From Paraspadella gotoi (Eukaryota; Animalia; Chaetognatha), in NCBI GenBank assembly GCA_051294375.1, contig CM119265.1, positions 25,156,139 to 25,220,138 of the forward strand: DNA of 64,000 bases. The letters are read 5' to 3'. The notes under the pieces were generated by a model. That model saw only the letters and a list, made by a program, of their open reading frames with translations. It was not told the origin of the DNA and did no database searches. Shown piece after piece: positions 49,954-61,023 of this stretch (the first letter of the stretch is position 1; each line of letters begins with the position of its first letter). The translations under genes and the position numbers were made by a program.

Positions 49954-50760
49954 AGCGAGAGAAACTCACGCCGTTATTCGATATAATTTTATGCTCGCTA
50001 TCTCACATGTGCAATTTTTTTCCTTCTTAGTTGAAACTTTAAAAAAATTAAAATTTAAGTACTTTCTTTTCATTAATGTTTTACGAAGTTTATAAAATGG
50101 CGAGACGTTCTGAATTAAGCGACAAAAAACTCATACATCATTTTTTTTCAAAAGCTAATGCAAAGAAATATGATAAGGGTTGAAATCAGGACTCTCTGTT
50201 TATTCTGCGCCGGTCGTGAAAAAAAAGTTTCGCTTCGAAACTAAATTTTTATGCAAATTGAGGAAATAGAATCGAAGGCTGGGACTCGTTGTGTGTTGTT
50301 GTTGTTGTCGTCTTGTTGTTTCATTATTGTTGTTTTAGTTGTGAAAGTTATTTGGTTGTTATTGTCGTAGTAGTTGTCGTTATTTTGTGGTCGTTGATGT
50401 TGTTGTCGTCGTGCTGTTGTTGTTGCTGTCCTTTTCGTTGTTGGATGTTGTCATTGTTTTGTTTTTGTTTTTTTGTTTTTTTTCATCATTTTTGTTTTCA
50501 TCGTCGTTGTTTGTTTGTAGTTTTTGTTGATGATGTTTTTGTCGCTGTTCTTGATATTGTTTCTGTTGTGTTGTTGTTGTTGTTGTATTTTCGTTGTCGT
50601 TGTCATTATCCAGTGAGATTTAATCACTGAATTTCTATGTTTTCCCCATTTTCATCTTCGAGAATTCAGGTTCACGGATTGCATAACATCTTTGGCACAA
50701 CATGCGTGTTCAACGTTTTCATTGCAAGTTGCCAGGTAGAGAGAGAGAAGGAGAGAGAGA

Positions 50761-50855
<95 letters not shown>

Positions 50856-51776
50856 AAGGAAATTCGGATTAAGTAGGGCGCCATCTTTGGGTTCACGTGA
50901 GAGATCAGATTGAGGGACATCGACGCCAGAAGTACGAATGAACGAACGAACGAACGACGAACGAACAACGAACGAACGAACGAACGAACGAACTCTCTCT
51001 CTCTCACCTGGCAACTTGGCAATGAAAACGTTGACACGCATGTTGTGCAAAGATGTTATGCAATCCGTGAACCTGAATTCTCCAGAGATGAAAATGGGGA
51101 AAACATAGAAATTCAGGATTAAATCTCACTGGAATAATGACAACGACAACGAAAAATACAACAACAACAACAACAACAACAGAAACAATATCAAGAACAG
51201 CGACAAAAACATCATCAACAAAAACTACAACAACACAACGACGATGAAAACAAAAATGATGAAAAAAACAAAAAAACAAAAACAAAACAATGACAACATC
51301 AACAACGAAAAGGACAGCAACAACAACAGCACGACGACAACAACATCAACGACCACAAAAATAACGACAACTACTACGACAATAACAACCAAATAACTTT
51401 CACAACTAAAACAACAATAATGAAAACAACAAGACGACAACAACAACAACAACAACGAGTCCCAGCCTCGATTCTATTTCCTCAATTTGCATAAAAATTT
51501 AGTTTCGAAGCGAAACTTTTTTTCACGACCGGCGCAGAATAAACAGAGAGTCCTGATTTCAACCCTTATCATATTTCTTTGCATTAGCTTTTTGAAAAAA
51601 AAATGATGTATGAGTTTTTGTCGCTTAATTCCAGAACGTCTCGCCATTTTATAAACTTCGTAAAACATTAATGAAAAGAAAGTACTTAAATTTAATTTTT
51701 AAAGTTTCAACTAAGAAGGAAAAAATTGCACATGTGAGATAGCAGCATAAAATTATATCGAATAACGGCGTGAGTT

Positions 51777-51855
<79 letters not shown>

Positions 51856-52325
51856 TTTTCTCTCTCTCCATCTTTTTCACACTCGCGTTGCAAAGTGAAA
51901 ATCTTTTCCTCACCCAAATTCACCGGATGACGACCGTCGCGTTTTACGGAGCTTACCCGACGTTCGTTTTCTTAAATCACAAAACTTAGTTTTCACTTTA
52001 ACCCAATGAAAAAACTTACTTTTCTTTTTGTTTCGATGACAGATCTCACTTTTCGACCCTTTCCAAAAACTGACTTTTTTCTTTGTCTCGACGAAAGAAC
52101 TTTTTTCTGCCTTCAGATCCAAACTCGATTCTTAACGCATTTATTTTCTACATAGACGCTCAGAGCCAATGGGCGATTCGGCAGCGTCGGCAGCGGCGGC
52201 GGCGGCGGCGGCTAGTAGTGTTTTGGCGCATAAACGACTGAAGCGTTCGATTCGCTAGAGAGATAAAGATTGAGAGAGAGAGAGATAGCAGCATAATTAT
52301 AATCGAATAACGCGTGAGTTCTTCT

Positions 52326-52415
<90 letters not shown>

Positions 52416-52833
52416 ATTTTTCTCTCTCTCCATCTTTTTCACACTCGGCGTTGCAAAGTGAAATCTTTTCCTCACCCAAATTCACCGGATGACGACCGTC
52501 GCGTTTTACGGAGCTTACCCGACGTTCGTTTTCTTAAATCACAAAACTCTTAGTTTTCACTTTAACCCAATGAAAAAACTTACTTTTCTTTTTGTTTCGA
52601 TGACAGATCTAACTTTTCGACCCTTTCCAAAAACTGACTTTTTCTTTGTCTCGACGAAAGAACTTTTTTCTGCCTTCAGATCCAAACTCGATTCTTAACG
52701 CATTTATTTCTACATAGACGCTCAGAGCCAATGGGCGATTCGGCAGCGTCGGCAGGCGGCGGCGGCGGCGGCGGCTAGTAGTGTTTTGGCGCATAAACGA
52801 CTGAAGCGTTCGATTCGCTAGAGAGATAAAGAT

Positions 52834-52875
<42 letters not shown>

Positions 52876-52890
52876 TATAGAGAGAGATAN
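49676..52890. repeat. Inverted duplication ~49676-50745 vs ~51000-52045 and tandem duplication ~51740-52285 vs ~52285-52850, bounded by 25-N gaps
   Basis: For example, ctttggcacaacatgcgtg..gccagg vs cctggcaac..atgttgtgcaaag; identical ORFs recur in the track. Confidence 0.88.
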
Positions 52891-54056
52891 NNNNNNNNNN
52901 NNNNNNNNNNNNNNGAGAGAGAGAGAGAGAGAGGAAACGTATTTCCAGCCGCTAAAACCCAGGCTTCGCGTTTCTCCATCTCGTTGTGGCTACTTTCTAT
53001 TTTTCTTTCCCCTATTTTTTTTCTCTTTTTTCCGCTTTTCCGTTTTTCCGCTTTTCCGCTTCCGGTTGTTAGAGATTCCATTAACATCAACCATTTTTCG
53101 CGCCAAATTTTTTCTCCTAATTTTTTAAAAAAATTTTTACTCTTATTTTCGTCACCAAATTTTCTTTCCTTTTCTCTCCCCATTTTAATACCCCCCTATC
53201 TTAATTCTGTTTTTCTTTTTTTCTGCTTTGTTTACGCATCAACTTTATTTCGCTATAACCCAAGTCATTTTCTTTTTTTTCTTACAATAAAACCAGAAAT
53301 TTATTTTACAAAAAAGGTTTAAAAAAGGAATTGATAAAATTATTCTTCATCCTTTTTCTTCATCCCACTAATCCTCTTCCTTGTCTTTCTCTTCTTCCTC
53401 TTTCTCCTCGTCCTTTTCCTCCTCTTCCTCTTTTTTTCTCTTCCCATCTCCCCTGTTCCTTTAACCCTCTTCCTCTTCCTCCTGTTCGCCCTTTGCCTTT
53501 TCCTCCTCATTCCTCTTCCCCTTTTCCTCCTCATTCCTCTTCCCCTTTTCCTCGTCTTTCCTCTTTCCCTTTTCCTCCTCTTTCGCTTCCTCCTCTTTCC
53601 TCTTCCCCCCTCTTCCTCCCCGTCCTCTTTCCTCTCCCTCTTCCTCTACCTTTTCACCCTACAATTAGATCAACGGCGTCGAATGATTTCATTCAAATCT
53701 ATTCTCGACTTTTTTCTCCATCATTCTGACATTCGACTCCATCAGACGGAATCATTCCGCATCATTATCCATCATTCTTCTTTGAGTATGGGAAATTCTA
53801 TAATTTAAATATGGAGCGGTTCTTTTTTATACAATTGAACATATCTTACCATTTAATTGATAGAGAGTCTAACAACGACGATAACGACGATGAAAATCAA
53901 ACGACGACGACGACGACGAAAACGACGACGAAGTCTTTAGTAAAAAATTTCATCGACAGAAAAATATTTTTCCGATAGAAAAATCGAAATTGATGTCGCT
54001 CGTTAATTAGGAAACGTCGAAGAAAGTCTCTCTCTGCTCTCTCTCTCTCTCTCTCC

Positions 54057-54104
<48 letters not shown>

Positions 54105-55253
54105 ACTTAAGTTATTACAAGTCTCCCCAGCGTGATATTTCACGCGCAGTGAATGTTTCAGCATCGAAAGAAAAAATCTGCATAAAAATCCAGTCGTTGT
54201 TGTGAATTACGAGAGTCAGGTTTGGTTGAAAGAGTAAAATTGGCGATGAAATAATTTTATTTTAAGGATAAAACGATTCACAGATAAAACAAGAATCGAT
54301 TTTATTGCAAGTTATTTCGCGGTATCAACTCACGCAAAACAAACGCTAAAATCTTTCAGTAATAATTTAAACTGATTCACTATTGTTCTAGAATTTTATG
54401 TTATGTAATTTTATGTAATATCCTAAAAGCCCGAGTTCACCTGTTGGTGTCGAAGAGTCGGGAGTCTTTATAACTTTATTGAAATTGGTAACACCAATAT
54501 AAAAATTATCCATTCATTTAATAAATAAATAATACTCTACTTATACTGGGTGCATCAGTTAATTTCATGACTCGGTCCACAAATTATATATGATGAAGGA
54601 TATTACTATTTAGAAGCTAATACATGGTTAATGTAAAGGTACTATATACCAGTATACTTTACAGTATGATCAATTAAATGATATTGAAACAGCTTTACCG
54701 GGCAACATTACGACAATGAAAGTATGATAATTGATTTGAGGACGACAAAGTCTCGGCCAGAAGGCGAAGCCCAGGACTTGTGGCAAGGTGTAAGAGGGCC
54801 GCTGAGATGAAGAAGGCGCGACTGACCGACTTGTCAACTGCAACGCTGCAGTTCCTAAGATGGCTTAGTGACGAGAGTCTTGGCATCGCAGGAAGGTGCA
54901 GAGTTAATCTCAGATTGATTAATTGACTTTGAATTGATTTATTGATTGATGTCGAATTGTTTTATAAACAAAAGAATTTATTCACAGATAAAAGTTTTCT
55001 CATTTGCAATGTATTAACTACATTTGTAGAATAGAGTAAAAAACAAGTGAATAATTGTAAAGCATGTTTATTCATGTTGAGTGTCAAAAAACAAGTCTGA
55101 ATCACTCAGATAACAATCAGTAAGAAGGCAATCAATAAAAAAATTCAAATAAGTGAGACTATCCACTGGTGAACGTCTTTGTTTTAATTCGAAAACAAAA
55201 AGTCTCTGTTTTGTTAAAGCTTTAAATGAGGAAATTTGAGCTCTGAGTTTGTG

Positions 55254-55321
55254 GCCTCCTGGATGGCTTAGATCGGTGATCGACGCGTCCCAGAAACTCG
55301 AGCCCGGTCGAATCCGGAGGC
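55254..55321 (+). other. tRNA-like sequence (tRNA pseudogene or tRNA-derived SINE head)
   Basis: GCCTCC...GGAGGC closing stem, A-box-like TGGCTTAGATCGG and B-box-like GGTCGAATCC (one T short of GGTTCGAATCC). No clean anticodon arm. Confidence 0.4.
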
Positions 55322-56488
55322 GGATGAGTTTTATTTCTAATTTTAAATAGCTCGCTTGAGGTGGCTGCAGACTTGACCATGCAAGTATCTTTAAAGTAGT
55401 TAGAAGTCTTGGGCAGAGAATAACAAAAAATTTAATACAGACTCTGCAAATATATATAAAGTTTAAAGAGTCTTTTTCTTACTTATTTCTGAAGCCATAA
55501 TTGTACAAAAAAGTTGCTTCTCTCACAGAAAAGTCCACCAATACAGCGATTTCAAAATAGTTTCTTAAAACTAAAGATTCCGAGATATCTAGAGAAATAT
55601 CAGTGAAAAAATGAACATATTTTTTGTTGGTCCAAGTCGATATATCGTAATTATAATCTATCGAAATCCGATGAACCAATCAGAATCCGCCATGAACTGC
55701 CTCGAAATCTGTACTTAAATATATACTAAAATAAAAGTCTACAACAAAAGATGTCGCCGTAATCGCTGAAACGGAAGCCTTTTCTGAGTCAGTAATAAGG
55801 AACAAAAGAGCATCGGGAGAAGTAGAGAAGTTTGGATTTCATCGAAATATCATAAATTGTTAGTTCGTATCATCGCTAATAATAATTGTATAAGAAAGAT
55901 TTGAACTTAAAGCTAAAAAAAAAAAAATAAAAAAAGAACATGTTTTTTGAGACCTCAAATGACCTCTAAAAAGGACACAGTTCAGAGACTACACCGAGTA
56001 ACAACATTGAAAGACCATGCATGACCCACAAATGAGAAAGGACTGAGAGACCGCACTGATAGACCACATTGAGAGACCACACAAACCCCCCCCCCAAAAA
56101 AAAAATGACACAATTCAGAGACCACATCGAAAACCATGCATGACCCAGAAAAGAACGAGAGACCAATTTGAGAGATCAGACATGACCCACAAAAACATAT
56201 CAGTTCTAACTTTTTACTGACTTCGACTACTGAACACGATCCCTTCGTCGTCCAACGCCGTTTGAATTTCTTCTTTACTTTTCTCTCTTTCTTCCTTCAA
56301 ACTCGATTAGGATTCAATTTTTTTCTTTTTATTCTTTTTCTTTAAATCTATACTTTTTTTATTCGATCGACGGGAGAAGACAATCGACAGAGTCACATCG
56401 TAGCGGACGTTGTGAATCGGATCGTCCGGTGAACCTCTGCTCCTCTTGTGATTCGCCCCGTGAAGTCGACTCCACCCGTGAATCGAGG

Positions 56489-57758
56489 ATGGCGGGAAAA
56501 ACGTCCGAGACTTCCGTTTTGGACGATATTCACGACGAACTCACGAAAATAGTCGACGGTGAGCGAATGAGTGAGGGGGATAGAGAGAGAGAGAGAGAGA
56601 GAGAGAGTGAGAGAGAGATGTGCCAGTGATAATGACAATTAAAGATGGATGACATAATTGCTTATGTTCTCCAAGGACTCAGAACTTTGTCCAAAGCCTC
56701 GGAAAACAACATTTTAACGGATAATGATCCAAGCGAAGGTTAGTTGTTGTTGTTGTTGTTGTTGTTGTTGGCTCGCGCGTCGTTGTCATCTTCATCGTCT
56801 TTGTCATCGTCATCGACAGAGAACGACGTCGATCTTGACGTTGACGCCAAAAACGACGACGACGACGACGACGACGAATCCGAAAAAGAAAAGAAGGACG
56901 ATGAGAAAGACGAAAATATCGACGAGAAAGACGACGACAAAAACGACGACAAAAAAGACGACGACGCCGTCAAGGAAGAAGAAAAGGAAATCGACGTCAA
57001 AGGCGGCGGAGATGACGGCGGCGGAGATGGCAACGACGTCGCCGTCGAAGATGGCGTCGAAGAAACCGTCGACGATGGCAACAACGATGACGAGGTCGAC
57101 CCGTTGAAGGACGACGACGACAGCGACGACGACGACGTCGACGACTGCGACGTCGAATACTACCACGCCCCCTTCGTGCGACATCTTCGCTCAGTGGCCG
57201 GCGCTTTGACCATCGCCGGTGCCATCGCCGCCATGGCCGTCTGTCTCGGCATCGCGGCTGTCATCAAGGCCAAGCAGGATCGCCAGGTCTTGGGGAGTCT
57301 GTCTATCTGTCTGTCTGTCCGACTGTTCGTTTTTACGTTTTTTTCTCTGTCTTTTCTCAGTCTTTTCTTGTCTTGACTGTCTGTCCGACTGTCCTTTTTT
57401 GTTCTTATGTCTTTTGTCTTGTTTTTTTTTTTCGTCTGTTGGCGTATGCGTATGTATGTCTGTCCGTCTGTTAATACGTTATATATATCTCTCTCCCTCT
57501 CTCTCTCCCTCTCACTTTCCCCTCCTCCCCCTGCTCCCCCCTCCACAGGCTCCGCCTCCGACCCCCGGAAGCGACGATCGCATCGCGTCCAAACTTCGCT
57601 TCCTCCTCTGGCTTCTTCGCCCGGAAATCTTCACCGTCGTTCGCTTCGTCGTCGTCGTCTATTTCGTCGCTTTCATCGTCGTCGTCGGCGTCGCCATGAC
57701 TCTGGACGTCTTCGGCTGGTGTCCGGCGAGGCTCGTCGGCTTGGGGCAAAGGATGTAG
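56489..57758 (+). CDS. 4-exon gene (56489-56558, 56676-56738, 56820-57286, 57549-57758), 269-aa protein with a long Asp/Glu-rich N-terminal region and two C-terminal TM helices; unknown family
   Basis: All introns are GT-AG with phases 1/1/0, summing to 810 nt from ATG to TAG with no internal stop. Hydrophobic segments VAGALTIAGAIAAMAVCLGIAAVI and FVVVVYFVAFIVVVGVAMTL. Confidence 0.72.
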
Positions 57759-57943
57759 GACGATGATGGGGTAAGTTGGAGATTTGATGTAGAGAGATGG
57801 AGGATGTTGGTGTGAGATGGATATCGGGTGTAGTGAGGGGTTAACTACGAATCGATAATGCAGTTGGAAAGAAAGAAAGTAAAGATTAAGAATAGATAAG
57901 AAAGAAAAGAAAGAAAGAAAAAGAAAGAAAAGAAAGAAAGAAA

Positions 57944-57980
<37 letters not shown>

Positions 57981-58822
57981 AAAAAAAAATAGATGTATAG
58001 ACAAAGACATTTTTATTTGGATTACGAGATAAAAATTTTTCAAAGTAAAACGTTTCCAAAAAAAAAAAAAAAAAAAATCACTCAAATGAAAAATTTCGGT
58101 TTATTTGGGTTTTTTTTTTTGCCAATTTTGGGTGAAAGTCAATTCGTTTTGTTTCCTTCCTTCATCTTTTGTTTTGTTTTTTGTTTTTCTTGTCTTCTTT
58201 TTTAGACGGAGATGGCGCCACGTCCTAAGATTATGAGACGGAGAAAAACAAGGAAAGAAGAAGAGGAAACCGAGGCCAACTACAATAACAACAACAACAA
58301 CAAAACAACGACGACGACGACGACGAAAACAACGTCGGAAGAAGGAACGATATTAGCGACGATAAGATATAAAGAACGTTGGCTGTACAGAGTTCATCGC
58401 TGCGCAAGATTCGCTTGAAATATTTATACACTTTGGATACATTTACGTTCGCTCCTTTTTTTTTATCGCCCCTCCTTTTCTTTTGGCGGCCTTTACCGCA
58501 TAGGAAGACGAGAGAGAGAGAGAGAGATGAGAGGACGACCGTCGGTTGACCGGAAAGAGAGATAGAGACGACGCAGAGAGCAGATGAGAGACGACGAGAA
58601 CGACGAGAGAGAGAGACGAGACAGACGAGAGAGAGAGACCGAGAGAGAGAATTTTTGTTTTTGGTAATTTTTATCAAGACATCCCCTTCTTCTTTTTCGT
58701 CGTCATCGGATTTTTTGTCGCCTTATTTCCTCAATAGTCTTTTTTATAAATATTTTTCGTTTCCTTAAATATTTTGTAAAGCGCGTTAATAATAAGCCCG
58801 TAGGGTTCTTAGTATTTTCGTT

Positions 58823-58915
58823 CTATTCCCCGTCGTCGTCGTCGTCGTCGTCTTCATCCTCGTCGTTGCCCTTTTGTTGCCAACCGTGAAAAGGTGACGG
58901 AGACGAAAGCGGCAC
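58823..58915 (-). CDS. Possible terminal exon (VPLSSPSPFHGWQQKGNDEDEDDDDDDDGE*)
   Basis: cctcacag| acceptor and an open frame to TAG. Upstream exons were not identified. Confidence 0.25.
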   Translation of the reverse strand: MPLSSPSPFHGWQQKGNDEDEDDDDDDDGE

Positions 58916-59244
58916 CTGTGAGGATGGTGGAAAGACGACAACAACGACGCCCCCACCTTTGCCGCTGCCGTCCACGAGGCAAAAGACGGACCAAAACAGG
59001 AAAATTAGCAAAACAAAAAAAAAGGGAAATAGGACACGATAGACATAAACATAAAAATAAACATAAACATTAGACAATGAAGTAGAATGAAGGTAAGAAA
59101 GGAATTGTTTTTTTTAAAATTAATTTAAAGTTTTGTGGGAATTTATAATTTTTTTTTCAAAGTACGTTCGAATAATTCTCCTACCATTTAGGCATTCCTT
59201 TCTCTCCCTTTACACCTGAACATAATTTAAACCCCAATATCTAA

Positions 59245-59439
59245 AAGAAAAACAATGTGATTTGTTTTGGCAACGAATTTTATTTAAGGCATTAAGCAGA
59301 CATGTTTCGACTTTGAAGACTCTAAACTACAGAGTCGAAACATGTCTGCTTAATGCCTTAAATAAAATTCGTTGCCAAAACAAATTCACATTGTTTTTCT
59401 CTTAATTATTAAAACAACGAAAATCGAAAGTCTTTACAC
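59245..59439 (+). mobile_element. Penelope-like element remnant: inverted pseudo-LTR palindrome with partial hammerhead ribozyme and 15-bp TSD
   Basis: ~67-bp arms 59246-59312 and 59333-59400 differ by one indel. Centre reads TGAA-GACTCT-aaactac-AGAGTC-GAAAC-ATGTC, then AATAAA. Flanked by AACCCCAATATCTAA at 59230-59244 and 59440-59454. Confidence 0.7.
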
Positions 59440-59454
59440 AACCCCAATATCTAA

Positions 59455-59567
59455 TCCTTAATCCTAACCTAATATCTTATCTTAATCCTTAACGCTAATC
59501 TTAAACCCTAATCCCTGATATTATCCCTTAACTATAATCCCCAACATTAATCCCTAATCCCTAACCA
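59455..59567 (-). repeat. Degenerate telomere-like (CCCTAA/CCTTAA) tract
   Basis: aatccttaatcctaacctaa...aaccctaatccct...atccctaatccctaacc. Confidence 0.6.
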
Positions 59568-60412
59568 AGGACCGAACCTGATCGGTCGGGCAAAATACTT
59601 TTTTTCAAGATTCAAAAATAACTTTCCCGCCATCCTTTTCAATTCTTTTCTCTAGAATTGCGGGAAATGGCAGATGGATCTGATAGACAAAATGGTTTGC
59701 CTCTCTTGGCTTTTCAAGTTTACCTAAAAGTCTGAAAACCGTAAAAAAAAACAAAAACAGAAAACAAAGTTTTGACGAAACGAGCGAAAAGCGAAAGGTG
59801 ATCCCACTGATCGGATTGTTGTGTTTTTTATTTTCCCCCGATCAGTTTCGACTAAGAGAAAAAGCGGGGATAATAAAATAGCAGGGACCTGCAATGTCAT
59901 TATCTTGTAATAGTGTAGGAAGACTTAAACCACCAAAGCCTGTCCAAAGTGAAGGGCATAATTTTTATTTTGGTTGTACCAATTTCAAAAGACGACGATG
60001 ATAACGATGACGACGATCATGACGATGAAGACGACGATGGCGATGAAGACGACAACAATGACGACGCCTCCATCATAAAAAGTCATAAAGGTCTCCTCTT
60101 CTTTCCAACCGGCGCCAACGCCAACCCCAACGCCAACCCCAACCCCAACGCCAACGTCAACGCCAACGTCGCTTAAATCTTCACGGGGCAACCGCCGAGG
60201 GCAGGCGCCATACTTCGATGCTACTGCTGAGGTCCACACACAACGTGTTCTCCACTCGGTGTGGATAAAGGACGAGGCACCAGTGTTACTGTTAGGGGGC
60301 GAAACATGCGTACCCCCTAACGGGTAATGATGAGCGTGGGGGGTGACTGGAGTGTCACTGAGAGTCACGGCGTGGCAGAAAGTCTCGCTCCAACCGGGGA
60401 ATGATTGAGCAG

Positions 60413-61023
60413 TAAGGCGTAGTAAAGATTATAAATTATACTTTAATTAAAATTCTAAAAGTGAGGAACGAACAACATTATACTAATGAACATTTATGTA
60501 TAAAAAAATTTTATGATAAATTTTACAATTTACGCAGTAGGCCATATTTATACTAGTACTAATCCAATAAATGTTAAAACTTCAAAATTATTTTTTGTAA
60601 GATTTTTTTGCAGATTTGGATTCGTCATGAAAAGTTGATATAAAGAAATATAACTCTTTTTTAAAAATTCTTTCATTAACTTGATAAAATATTAAAAAAA
60701 CCTATATTTTAAGCTGAAAGTTAAAAATTTATATATTACATATTTTTTTTTAATTTTTAACCCACTTAATGAGAGAATTTCTAAAAATGATTTATATTTT
60801 CTTTTTTCAACTTTTGACTAGGAATTCAAATCTGCAATCAAAATTAAGAAAAGCCTATTTTGAAATTTTTCGATTTTATTAGGATAGTACTATATATAAA
60901 TATAGCCTACTGCGAAAATTGAAGAACATAAAATTATTTTTTTTTACAAATTAATGTTCACTGATGGTATGTTGTTCATAATTGACATTTAGAATTTTCG
61001 TATTTAACTTTCACTACGCTCTA
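60413..61023. mobile_element. Non-autonomous hAT-like foldback MITE with long degenerate TIRs and 8-bp TSD
   Basis: Ends TAAGGCGTAGT / ACTACGCTCTA. Mirrored internal blocks over ~240 bp (cgcagtaggc/gcctactgcg, tgcagatttg/caaatctgca, aaaagttga/tcaactttt). TTGAGCAG is duplicated at 60405-60412 and 61024-61031. Confidence 0.8.

Noticed and set aside
54695-54900. GC-richer open stretch as a coding exon or transposase fragment
   Set aside because: No motif I can recognise in any frame, so there is too little support.
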